Source: an uncultured bacterium
GTDB taxonomy: Bacteria > Planctomycetota > Phycisphaerae > UBA1845
Direction: 5' to 3'
Assembly: GCA_965371245.1 (NCBI GenBank)
Contig: CBDUXT010000007.1
Coordinates: 12,999 to 76,998 of the forward strand
DNA length: 64,000 nt
Below are positions 28,761-38,053 of the stretch, in pieces. A program made the translations under genes and the position numbers. The first letter of the stretch is position 1; each line of letters starts with the position of its first letter. The notes under the pieces were generated by a model, which saw nothing but the letters and a program-made list of their open reading frames with translations, did no database searches and had not been told where the DNA came from.

Positions 28761-31700
28761 TCAAGGGTCAATCGTGATTGCTCGACATCCGTCGTTTCCA
28801 GCCGGGCACACATCAGTGCATCCATTGAAGACATCTACACCGGCCTTAAGGTATTGGGTGCCGATTAGTGCCCCACAGTTCATTCCGTACGTAACGGGGA
28901 ACCTCAAAGACTGACCTGGGGCAAGTGAATTCACATTAAACGTGAGTACGAACAAGGGGAATCCCGCGCAGGCACCGTAGTCACCGCAAGCCGAGTTAAG
29001 ACATATTCCGGTTCTCCAACAGCGCGGCTCAGAAGATATGTTGCCCACGTTTGTCACCTGTACGGTCCAAGAAACTGAATTACATATCCTTCCGCGTGAC
29101 GGAGCGTCGAGTATCTCGAACTCCAGATCCCAAATCGGGACGGCGATCGGCAGTTGGACGTTCAGGCAATCGTTGGAGGGCGTGGAATCCAAGAGAAGTG
29201 AGCATGCAGTGACAGTAAACTCGTTCAGCCCTCCGCAAGCACCGGACGAGAGCGGTGTCAGAAGACTTACGAAACCTGTTGCTTCTCCGAAGGCCGGGAC
29301 TTGGACTGTCGTTTCACCGCAATTCCCTTGAATGCACACTCTCGCAGTGGCGGCCGTGCCGGTTGAACCTGAGTTACGGAGTGCCACGCCATAGTTGCGC
29401 GGCCCGATCCCCCCAATGACCCCGCCGGGCAGGATGATACTCGCGACGGATACCTCCGGCGGCAGGTCGAGAGGGCAGCCGGTGGAATCCACGGCAACGT
29501 CCGTGGTTCCGGGACACTGATCCATCTGATCGGGCACGCCGTCGCCATCCCCGTCGAGAACACACCCGACCTGATCAACTATCCCTCCGGTTGTTCCAGG
29601 ACAATCGTCGAGATCATCGTTGACGCCATCTTCGTCGCTGTCCCGTTGATTCGCAGCACAACCGCGGTCGTCAACGGCTAGCAAGGATTCTGTCGCAGGA
29701 CACTCGTCGAGGTCGTCGAAGACTCCGTCGCCGTCCTTGTCGATCCCACGCCCCGGCTCAAACCCCACGGCCACGGGAAGCAAGGCCACGCCCTGCGGAG
29801 ATTGCAGCCCGGTGATCGGTAAGTCCTCAACGTCGGTTCCATCGAGGTCGGCGCGATGGATTTTGTCCGTCAGCGAATCCGCCCAGTAAATCTTGCCACC
29901 CTCAGGATCGATCACAATTCCTTGTGGTGATAGGAGCCCCGAAATTGGCAGCTCCTCAACAGACGTACCATCCAGGTTCGCGCGTCGAATCGCGTCCGCG
30001 CCATTGTCGGTCCAGTAGATCTTCTTGTTAAGTGGGTCCATGGCGATGCCCTGTGGGGAGATGAGGCCGCTGATCGGCAAGTCCTCCGCGTCGGTTCCAT
30101 CGAGGTCGGCGCGCTGGATCTTGTCTGTCAGTGAGTCGATCCAGTAGATCTTGCCACCCGCGGGATCGACCACAATTCCTTGCGGTGACAGCAGCCCGGA
30201 AATCGGCAGCTCCTCAGCAGATGTACCATCCAGGTTCGCGCGCCCAATTGTGTCCGTTCCACTGTCGGTCCAGTAGATCTTCTTGTTAAGTGAGTCCACG
30301 CCGATGCCCCGCGGGGAGATGAGCCCGCTGATCGGTAGGTCCTCAACGCCGCTTCCATCGAGGCCGGCGCGCTGGATTTTGTCCGTCAGCGAGTCGGTCC
30401 AGTAGATCTTGAAACCCACGGGATCGACCGCAATTCCTTGCGGTGATAGGAGTCCAGAAATCGGCAGCTCCTCAACAGATGTACCATCCAGGTTTGCGCG
30501 TCTAATTGTGTCCGTGCCAACGTCGGTCCAGATGATTGATGCCGCCGATGGTGGGGGCGGGGAACTCTCCGCATGGAGAAAACGGATGTTATCCACCCAA
30601 ACGGTACCCGCGCTAAGCCCCGGGTTGAGATCCTTTTCAACCACGAAGGCAATCTCGCCCAATGGATATTGGGAGGACACGGCCACCTCCATCGTATGCA
30701 CGATACCCGGCGGCAAAACCAGTGTATTGGTATCTCGCGTCTCGGCTAGGTTGGTCTTGAGTTCTTTTCTCAGTGTGACCGCGGATGACACTTCCACATC
30801 ACATACTACGCGGTCGCAGGGTTTCACCATAGTAACTTCAGGCTCCAGAACAACCCAAGCGTCGTCTGGCGAGTTGTCCAATGTCCAGCGAAATTCCAGT
30901 CGGCGCTCTCCGTTAGTCGTGAGCACATCCGCCTCGTTACCTTCATTGGTGATCGGTGGCCGGATGGGCTCCTGAAAATCAAAGAGCGTATCGATGACCG
31001 GCGTCCGACACACGCGGATCGGCACCGCGATGTTCAGTTGGAATATGCATAGCGTTTCGCGCAGTGCGCGCGCCATGCTCACGGTGCAAGGTGAGTCTCC
31101 GACCTTGTGAACGATGACGCCATCGACGGAGCATCCATTGCGTGCATTGGAAATGGTCACCTCTTCACCCTCGACCAATCCAAGATCTTCAAACAAGCTT
31201 TGAGCGATCCACACCTCCATCACTCCTGCAGGTTGCCCGGGTGCATTGCAGATCAGTGGTGCACGCGCAAATGTGCCCGCGGCCAGCTCGTCTCCATCCG
31301 GGCTGCCATCAGCGTCGCTGTCTGTACTCTTGGGATCCAGCCCGAACTGCACCTCGAACCCGTCCTCTACACCATCGCCGTCGGTGTCTTTGGATGCCGG
31401 ATCCGTTCGTGAGACGAGTTCTTCGAAGATATCCGAAAGCCCGTCCTCGTCGGTGTCGGGGCCGTCGGGCGTCGGGTCTTCGACCTGGCTCGGGTCCACG
31501 GGAAGGTCCGCGATGATCGGGGCCACCATACCATCCCGACTTCCGTAGAGATCCTGAATCATGCCTATGTCTACCTGCGACAGAACCGCGCGCGCCGCAC
31601 CTCGCGACTCCCGATCGATCGACTCATGCATCACAGCGCCGATGTCGTCGGCATGGACGAGCCCTAGGCTATGTCCCAGCTCGTGAAGGACGAGCGCAAA

Positions 31701-32276
31701 CTGGACATTTTCCTCCGCGGGATCCTGAAGCTGATCGAAGACCTGTACGATCTGCCTGACCGGTTCATCGCCGCTGGGTAGCTCGGCCCAACCCCAGAAT
31801 TCCACGCTATCCTCGCGTAGTGGCTCGCAACAGGGAGGTGATGCGCAAGGCGCGCATAACTCGATCTCAATGTCGGCCGGCTCGTTCGCTCCTGCCTCCC
31901 TGATCTCCAGGGGCACGAGCCTCGCATACGCCTCCGCCGCGTCCATATATAGCGCGCTGAGGGTATTGAGGTCGGCATCTTCTACCGGACCGGTTACCCT
32001 GTATGCGAGTTCACTCTTCGACCACTTGTTTCGAGCCCGCCCCCCCAAGCCGGTTCCGTTTGACGACGTGCGGGGGCCCTTCGGAATCGAATCACTCCTG
32101 ATCGACCCGCCAGGGGAGACGAACGCGCCCGGAGGGATTTCAAAGCAGCTCAACGCCCAGGCCATGACGAAGTTAGCAAGGACCAGTCGTGGCCATGGCC
32201 AGCTACGCCAACGAATGCCTGCCGATCCACTTGCGATCCACACATCCGTACTTTGGGATTGTGTCGGTTCCGACAT
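28761..32276 (-). CDS. Large secreted mosaic protein: zinc metalloprotease (HExxH, matrixin-like) + TSP3-like Ca-binding repeats + six-bladed YWTD beta-propeller + C-terminal Ig-like region
   Basis: LVLHELGHSLGLVHADD (HExxHxxGxxH). Asp-rich DTDEDGLSD, DTDGDGVEDG, DSDADGSPDGD, DKDGDGVFDD, DSDEDGVNDD and DGDGDGVPDQ loops. Six KIYWTD repeats. ORF is open to 32315 and the start is placed at MSEPTQSQ. Confidence 0.85.
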   Translation of the reverse strand: MSEPTQSQSTDVWIASGSAGIRWRSWPWPRLVLANFVMAWALSCFEIPPGAFVSPGGSIRSDSIPKGPRTSSNGTGLGGRARNKWSKSELAYRVTGPVEDADLNTLSALYMDAAEAYARLVPLEIREAGANEPADIEIELCAPCASPPCCEPLREDSVEFWGWAELPSGDEPVRQIVQVFDQLQDPAEENVQFALVLHELGHSLGLVHADDIGAVMHESIDRESRGAARAVLSQVDIGMIQDLYGSRDGMVAPIIADLPVDPSQVEDPTPDGPDTDEDGLSDIFEELVSRTDPASKDTDGDGVEDGFEVQFGLDPKSTDSDADGSPDGDELAAGTFARAPLICNAPGQPAGVMEVWIAQSLFEDLGLVEGEEVTISNARNGCSVDGVIVHKVGDSPCTVSMARALRETLCIFQLNIAVPIRVCRTPVIDTLFDFQEPIRPPITNEGNEADVLTTNGERRLEFRWTLDNSPDDAWVVLEPEVTMVKPCDRVVCDVEVSSAVTLRKELKTNLAETRDTNTLVLPPGIVHTMEVAVSSQYPLGEIAFVVEKDLNPGLSAGTVWVDNIRFLHAESSPPPPSAASIIWTDVGTDTIRRANLDGTSVEELPISGLLSPQGIAVDPVGFKIYWTDSLTDKIQRAGLDGSGVEDLPISGLISPRGIGVDSLNKKIYWTDSGTDTIGRANLDGTSAEELPISGLLSPQGIVVDPAGGKIYWIDSLTDKIQRADLDGTDAEDLPISGLISPQGIAMDPLNKKIYWTDNGADAIRRANLDGTSVEELPISGLLSPQGIVIDPEGGKIYWADSLTDKIHRADLDGTDVEDLPITGLQSPQGVALLPVAVGFEPGRGIDKDGDGVFDDLDECPATESLLAVDDRGCAANQRDSDEDGVNDDLDDCPGTTGGIVDQVGCVLDGDGDGVPDQMDQCPGTTDVAVDSTGCPLDLPPEVSVASIILPGGVIGGIGPRNYGVALRNSGSTGTAATARVCIQGNCGETTVQVPAFGEATGFVSLLTPLSSGACGGLNEFTVTACSLLLDSTPSNDCLNVQLPIAVPIWDLEFEILDAPSRGRICNSVSWTVQVTNVGNISSEPRCWRTGICLNSACGDYGACAGFPLFVLTFNVNSLAPGQSLRFPVTYGMNCGALIGTQYLKAGVDVFNGCTDVCPAGNDGCRAITIDP
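29763..30536 (-). repeat. Six tandem 129-bp YWTD-blade coding repeats organised as three 258-bp A-B units
   Basis: Blades 1, 3 and 5 share G(T/A)D(T/A)I(R/G)RANLDGTS(V/A)EELPISGLLSPQGI. Blades 2, 4 and 6 share LTDKI(Q/H)RA(G/D)LDG(S/T)(G/D)(V/A)EDLPI(S/T)GL(I/Q)SP(R/Q)G(I/V). High nucleotide identity is visible on the plus strand. Confidence 0.9.
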
Positions 32277-32326
32277 TCTCTTTATCCTTTCCCGACAGGG
32301 CCGAATACGCCACAACGGGGCCAGCG

Positions 32327-33703
32327 TCAGTCGCTGATTCCCTGCTTCCTTCTGAACTCTCGCAACTCGCCTACCTTGTCGTGGTTCCCGAGGCGGTAGT
32401 AGATGGCCTCCGCTGCCCTGACCGCGTCGTCACGGCATGGAGCGTCGTCCACAGTGGAACACCACTCGGCCTTCAACAGGAGCAGGCGGGCCTGCTCACC
32501 CCAAAGCCCTGCCGCGCGCGCCGCGTCTATCGCCATGGTGAGCTGAAGGGCAATATCAGGAACCGCATGTCCGAGGTTGGCCAATCGGATGAGAAGATCG
32601 TGACATCGAATCTGATACAATGGGATCTGTGCGTCCGTCGTATCCTGAAGCGCCTTCCGGATGCGCGCCTCCAGAGCCGCTTTGTCGCCGTTATTTGCAC
32701 CAGGAACCTCAAGCTCTGTTACCGCGATGTCTAATGCCGCCACTCTGCAAATGAAGCCACCAAGTTGAGATCCCAGATCGCACGAGTTGGCGTCGTACTC
32801 CGGCAGGAATCTGGTACGCAGCTCCACTAGTTCGGCGGCCGCGAGGTCGGGGCTACCCTCATTAAGATAGCGGGAGATTCTCCCTTGCCGGGCTTCCAGT
32901 TCGTGCCAGACATCTCCGTTGGCCTTGAACCATTGTAGTGCGCGTTCGCGATAATAGGAAGCCTGGGGATCATTTCCTAAAGCCCTGGCGAGCGTGGCGT
33001 CTCGGATGGCGCGACGCATTGGGTCGAGTTGTGCCACTTTGATGTCGCTTAGAACCTCCGCGGCCTGTCCGACGGCGCCTCGATGCATCAGGGCGACCGC
33101 CTGCAGAATCGAAACCCGCAACTGTCGGCTCGGATCACACTGTGACGCAACCATTAGCCGCACCGCGTTTTGCGCGTAGGCTTCGGTGTTGCCCATCTGT
33201 ATTTTGAGTCGCGTGTCATCGTAAAGGGTGTCGAAAAGCAGAGCAGAAGGCAAGACATCCTCGTTCTTAAGAACCGTACCGAACCATTCTTGAGCGAGCA
33301 GGTAGTTGCCGGTTACGAACCGTATCAGACCCTTCACGTATTGGCCGCGAATCGCGACAAGACCGCTGAACTGGTTCTTGTTGGCTTCTGCCTCCTGCCA
33401 AAGCCTCTCCGCATCCACGATGTTACCTTTGTACAACTCTGCCACCGTCGCGTATAACAAGACCTCGGCCTCACACTTGCATTCTTCTAACGCGGCAGGA
33501 GCGCCCGAATCGCCTGTTGGGCAGGTGGATCGCGCCTTTCGTACTTGCTCCGCCACTTCAAGCCAGTCGGCGCGTTCCGCTGCCAGTTCGATATCCGGTA
33601 GATAGTCGCACGGGGTTGGCGTGCATCTTACGGCGAGAAACAGAAAGCCTCCGCTTGCCGCCAGCACTGCACAGACCAGCCAGACTAGCAAGCTCGCCAG
33701 CAT
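32327..33703 (-). CDS. Membrane-anchored TPR-like repeat protein
   Basis: TM helix MLASLLVWLVCAVLAASGGFLFLAV, followed by helical repeats with A/L/Y/W/G spacing typical of TPR. ORF is open to 33823. Confidence 0.65.
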   Translation of the reverse strand: MLASLLVWLVCAVLAASGGFLFLAVRCTPTPCDYLPDIELAAERADWLEVAEQVRKARSTCPTGDSGAPAALEECKCEAEVLLYATVAELYKGNIVDAERLWQEAEANKNQFSGLVAIRGQYVKGLIRFVTGNYLLAQEWFGTVLKNEDVLPSALLFDTLYDDTRLKIQMGNTEAYAQNAVRLMVASQCDPSRQLRVSILQAVALMHRGAVGQAAEVLSDIKVAQLDPMRRAIRDATLARALGNDPQASYYRERALQWFKANGDVWHELEARQGRISRYLNEGSPDLAAAELVELRTRFLPEYDANSCDLGSQLGGFICRVAALDIAVTELEVPGANNGDKAALEARIRKALQDTTDAQIPLYQIRCHDLLIRLANLGHAVPDIALQLTMAIDAARAAGLWGEQARLLLLKAEWCSTVDDAPCRDDAVRAAEAIYYRLGNHDKVGELREFRRKQGISD

Positions 33704-34715
33704 CCCGGAGCGCTCCTTCGCCCAGAACGGTCGCAACCGCGTTCGCAGACTGCCACAGAATTTGCGGACCCGTTTCGAGACCTTCCACTCTTTCCGACGT
33801 CGAGTTCCGAAGCGTCTCCTCATCGTTCGCTCCCCACTCCTCCCCTGAATGGAATGCTATCCGCCCGGCAACAGTGTCGATTCCGCGAGCCTGATGAAGT
33901 CGAAACGACTCTTCGGACTGTGGATGCGGAGGGGAATCAGTATACGCATACTTGACAGCATCTTCAGGCTATCGCCTCATTTAGTAAGGTGCGGTAATCC
34001 CGTAAAGTGCCCATGTCTCTTCGTTGACCCGGTTTGACAGCGAGGGCCGCGTCATGGCTGTAGGGCTCGAAGGCAGAGTTGGATCGATGTCGGTCGCATT
34101 AGACAGGGGCCTTAGGATCTCCCGGGCCGCCTGATCGAGCCCAACAAAGCTTTGAGCCCGGGTCTTCCAGATGGATCGATCGTGACGGCATAAACTGTGC
34201 AGATCCCCCTTGTGGTTCAAGCGTCTTGTGCCATTCTATCAGCGGCATCCAATGGGCGGTAGACCAAGACAGGAACTTCGTGGGCAGTCGGGTGGCAAAC
34301 TCAGGCTCGATTTCGACGGAGCGGAGGGGATCTCAGTTCGCAGAACGTATGTTCCCGCTTGCTATCTGCGAGATTCATGTAGCCTATGCCGTTGGCGCTG
34401 CCGTAGGCTACACAAACAGCCAAGTGGCATCGCCCGTGTCTGAATCCCGACTTGACGTACAGGCTCCAGCAAAAAAGGAGAAACATCAGTTTCTCGCGCA
34501 CATCTTGGGACCCCGAAGCCATTACGATAGTGGCGATCGAGTTCCCCGTCTTGGTGGGAGGTGCCGGGATAGAATTGTAACCTTGGAGGCGCCAACTCGG
34601 AAAGGCTGGGTGAGATGGTCTCGTCCCCCGTATGCCGCGAGGCGTAGAAACAGCCCTATAAGCTTCATCTCAACCGGACAAGCGCAGCGAAAGCCGGGAG
34701 GAGCGACCGGCCAGG

Positions 34716-35918
34716 TCAAATCGGCACGTCGTGGGACGCGCTCTCGGACACCGATATCCGCCGCTTGTCGTAGATTTGGGTCGTAGTTACGTGCCGGTGA
34801 CCGAGTAGATCCTGTACTTTCCGGATTTCCACGCCACCTCCGAGCAGCAGCGTTGCCGTCGTAGCCCGAAGGGAATGCGGCGTGTAAATGCACCGCGACA
34901 CTGTCGTCCCGTCGGCCGTGGCCTCTCGCTTCACCGCGCCAGGTAGGCGGCGCAGATATTCCATGATTAGGTGATACATGCCCATGGGATGGAAGTGCCG
35001 CTCGGCCAGCTTGTCGCTGTTCGAGCTGGCCCGCGGTCGGAAGAGCGGCCCACACGTGAGACCGGATCTGTCGATGTACTCGGCGATTGCCTCGGCCGCA
35101 GCGAAGTGCAGGCCAATTGTTCGATGTCTACAGCCCTTTTCGCTCAGCCGGATCGTTGCTTCCTCACCGTCGCGGTGGAAGTCGCTGAGCTTGAGCCGGC
35201 AACCGGCCCCGATTCGCGCCCCCGCGTACAGGTAGAACTTCAGAATCGCACGATCGCGCGCATCGACGAGCGAGTCGCTGGCAGGCATGTTCATCAGCTG
35301 CCGCGCTCGCGTGGCTGGGAGCGCCCTGGTGTCGTGAAGCGGGTCGTTCGATTCCCGACTGATGAACTGTGCGTGGGCCGGATTCGGCACTGTGATCGGC
35401 AAGCGTAGCTCCACCGCTGAGGCCGCCAGGAACTTATAGAAGCTCGACAGCGACGAGATTCGCCGGTTCAAGGTCTTCGGCGCCGCCTGGTGCAAGATCA
35501 GATGTTCCCGGTAGGCCTGAACGTCCTTCACGGACACGGTGTACATTCGCCACGACTCAGCGGGCCAATCGAAGCCCACGAATCTGATGAAGGATTCCAC
35601 GTCCTGCCGGTAGGCGCGTTGCGTGTGCGGACTCCGGCGACGGGCGACCCAGGTTTCGAACAAGCCTGCCACGCAGCTGTAGAACGTCTCAACGCGGTGA
35701 CGTACCTCCGGCGTCACGTGACCGACGAGAACGGGTGGAAGCCCGACCCGGTCGGTCGGGTCTGTGAGCAGGTTGCTGGTATTCGTAATGTCCGTCGTCC
35801 TGTCCACGTGTTCTTGGATGCCCGATGTACCGCACGGCACAGGGCCGTGATTGCACTGAATCGTTGCGGTTTTTCCCTTCTCGCTCGCGCTGCCACTGTT
35901 GATAGAATCTCTTATCAT
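34716..35918 (-). CDS. Tyrosine recombinase / integrase
   Basis: SAM-like N-domain (SPHTQRAYRQDVESFIRFVG). Catalytic-domain motifs ARIGAGCRLKLSDF, GCRHRTIGL, HSLRATTATLLL, LLGHRHVTTTQIYD. ORF is open to 35972. Confidence 0.85.
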   Translation of the reverse strand: MIRDSINSGSASEKGKTATIQCNHGPVPCGTSGIQEHVDRTTDITNTSNLLTDPTDRVGLPPVLVGHVTPEVRHRVETFYSCVAGLFETWVARRRSPHTQRAYRQDVESFIRFVGFDWPAESWRMYTVSVKDVQAYREHLILHQAAPKTLNRRISSLSSFYKFLAASAVELRLPITVPNPAHAQFISRESNDPLHDTRALPATRARQLMNMPASDSLVDARDRAILKFYLYAGARIGAGCRLKLSDFHRDGEEATIRLSEKGCRHRTIGLHFAAAEAIAEYIDRSGLTCGPLFRPRASSNSDKLAERHFHPMGMYHLIMEYLRRLPGAVKREATADGTTVSRCIYTPHSLRATTATLLLGGGVEIRKVQDLLGHRHVTTTQIYDKRRISVSESASHDVPI

Positions 35919-35944
35919 AAGTCGCAGGCCCGGCGCAAGCCGTC

Positions 35945-36274
35945 TTGCGACGGGCCGATTCCCGCATGTCATTCGTCGACTTCCTTGACTTGGAATTCGA
36001 GCACCGCATCGGCCGGCAGCCGTTTCCCCGGCGGCACATGGACTCGGATCCCTTGGACCGGATCGTCAGGAAGTACGCGCGCCGGCTCGGCCTCACCCGT
36101 GGCTACTCGGCCCACTCGATGCGGGCCACGTTCATCGCAACGGCTTTGGAGAACGGCTGCAGCCTGGAGGATGTCCAGCGCGCCGCCGGCCACGCTGACC
36201 CATCGACGACCACGCTCTACGATCGGCGCGGCTATAACCCCGAAAAATCCGCCTCATTTTTCGCCAATTACTGA
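35945..36274 (+). pseudogene. 3' fragment of a second tyrosine recombinase gene (C-terminal ~95 aa only)
   Basis: LDRIVRKYARRLGLTRGYSAHSMRATFIATALENGCSLEDVQRAAGHADPSTTTLYDRR carries box II (HxxR...H...Y) only. No Arg-I or N-terminal domain lies upstream. It abuts the 5' end of the opposite-strand integrase. Confidence 0.7.
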
Positions 36275-36596
36275 TCCAATCGCCCATTTTCACAGCCAAG
36301 AATCTCGCTGCTGCTGTACGCAAGCCCGCTAACGAGTACAATGCGCCGAGACCTGGGGTCGCTGATCGCCAGATAACCGTTGCCCAGGAGCGACCTTGCA
36401 GGAGCCCCGAGCGGTACACTTGCCGTTACGTTCGGCCATCGACAGGTCGCAAGGAGGTCGTTTTGGAGGAGTTGTGCTGATCGTAGTAAGGGCCCCGTTC
36501 ATGATCTTCCGCTTCAGGGCCAATCAACTCGTTGATAATGCTTGCTTTCGCGAATGACTTGCGGCCTGCGCGGTAGCCAGCGCTACAGGTGCGATA

Positions 36597-37640
36597 ATGA
36601 GGTTTATCGATCTTTTTGCAGGGCTGGGCGGTTTTCACCTGGCGCTATCGCGCCTTGGTCACGAGTGCGTCTTTGCATCCGAACTTGATGACCGTCTCCG
36701 CGAATTATATGAGAAGAATTTCGGTATCCGGCCGGCTGGCGATATTCGCACGGTTCAGATAGGCACGATCCCTGCCCACCAGCTTCTTTGTGCGGGATTC
36801 CCATGCCAACCGTTCTCCAAAGCTGGCTCACAGCACGGCAAGAACTGCCCCAAGTGGGGCGATCTCTTCGGCTACGTGCTGAAGATTCTGCGGCACCGCA
36901 AACCTCGTTTTCTCCTTCTCGAAAACGTGCCAAATCTGTCCAAACACAACGATGGGGATACATGGAATTCAATGCGAACGGCTCTCCGCCGCGCTGGTTA
37001 CGACGTCTCCGAGCAAAGGCTCTCACCACACCAGTTTGGAATTCCGCAGGTCCGTGACCGAATCTACATCGCTGGTTCGCGTGCGGGACTCAACGGCTTT
37101 GCTTGGCCTACTGCAACAAGAACGCCCACCTCGATTGTAACGGCGCTCGACGACCAACCTGACGAAGCGCGACCCCTTTCTAGGCAGGTCACAGAGTGCC
37201 TTCGGGTCTGGCAGGCGTTTATCCGAAGCTTTCCCAAGAAGAAAGAACTGCCCTCATTCCCAATCTGGTCGATGGAGTTCGGTGCCACATATCCGTACGC
37301 GCAGCAAACGCCCAATGCTCTCGGCACGCGCGCGCTGTGTGCGTATCACGGCGCCCACGGCGTGCCACTGAATTCTGTGCCACCATCTGAACGGATGCTG
37401 GCGCTTCCGTCCTACGCCCGCACTCGCCAACGTCGTTTTCCGGATTGGAAGATCCAGTTTATTGCCCAGAATCGCGCCCTCTACGATGAGAACAAACATT
37501 GGATCGACAAATGGCTCCCCCGTATACTCCAGTTTCCCCCGAGCCTTCAGAAGCTTGAATGGAACTGCAAGGGTGAAATACGCGACATCTGGAGATACGT
37601 TATTCAGTTTCGCGCTTCTGGCGTTCGGGTGAAGCGGCCG
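36597..37640 (+). pseudogene. dcm: DNA (cytosine-5) methyltransferase, 3'-truncated (motifs IX-X missing)
   Basis: Motif I FIDLFAGLGGF, IV GFPCQPFS, VI LLENVPNL, VIII QVRDRIYIAG, then KLEWN...IQFRASGVRVKRP. After ~37640 the frame continues as a ~100-aa Ala/Pro/Ser/Thr-rich nonsense tail to 37964. Confidence 0.75.
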
Positions 37641-38053
37641 ACGCCCGCACGAACGTCCCTGGCGTCACCAAAAAAGACCGCCCGTTGTCCGCCGAGCACT
37701 TCGCCGAGTTCGAGCATTGCCACGGCACCGACCCCAACGGCCGCTTCGGGCCTGGGAAACGCAAGACGCGCCGCGAATCCGACAGCCCTTCCGGCGACAA
37801 GGGTTGGCTCGGCGGCGACCGCTGGCGCCGCTTCGGCATCGACGAAGTCAAAGCCCGCGACTTCAAACTCGACGGTTTCAAATGGCTCAAGGACGAATCC
37901 CTCGACGACGCGGACAACTTGCCTGAACCGGAGGAGCTTGTCACGGATGCGATCGGCGAGCTAGAAGCAGCGACGGAAGAACTTCAGATGGTCCTAGGCC
38001 TGCTGGAGCAAAGTCAGGCGAACGAGGTGCTGGAAAAGGAGGTGTCAGCTTGA
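37640..38053 (+). pseudogene. hsdM: 3' remnant of type I R-M methylase subunit hsdM (last ~135 codons, no start or catalytic domain)
   Basis: In the +2 frame relative to dcm: DARTNVPGVTKKDRPLSAEHFAEFEHCHG...DRWRRFGIDEVKARDFKLDGFKWLKDESLDDADNLPEPEELVTDAIGEL. This parallels the EcoKI HsdM C-terminus (DMRTNM..., RWRKFSREWI, ISWLKDKDSIDADSLPEPDVLA). Confidence 0.75.

Noticed and set aside
27748-28764. 338-aa minus-strand ORF spanning the DUF932-like 3' end and the PC4-like gene.
   Set aside because: It is antisense to two plus-strand genes that have RBSs and recognisable patterns. Its translation is Arg-rich nonsense.
33824-34715. Region between the TPR gene and the minus-strand integrase, with several 60-190-aa ORFs in mixed frames.
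   Set aside because: The translations are compositionally implausible or fragmentary, and no tRNA-like or repeat structure was identified. It is treated as non-coding or decayed att-flanking DNA.
36597-38053. Possibility that dcm and the hsdM tail form a functional chimeric methylase that uses HsdS for targeting.
   Set aside because: The two parts are in different reading frames at the ~37640 junction. The C5-MTase part also lacks motifs IX-X, which are needed for the AdoMet pocket. The Dcm frame continues as Ala/Pro/Ser/Thr-rich nonsense to 37964. A programmed frameshift cannot be excluded but nothing supports one.
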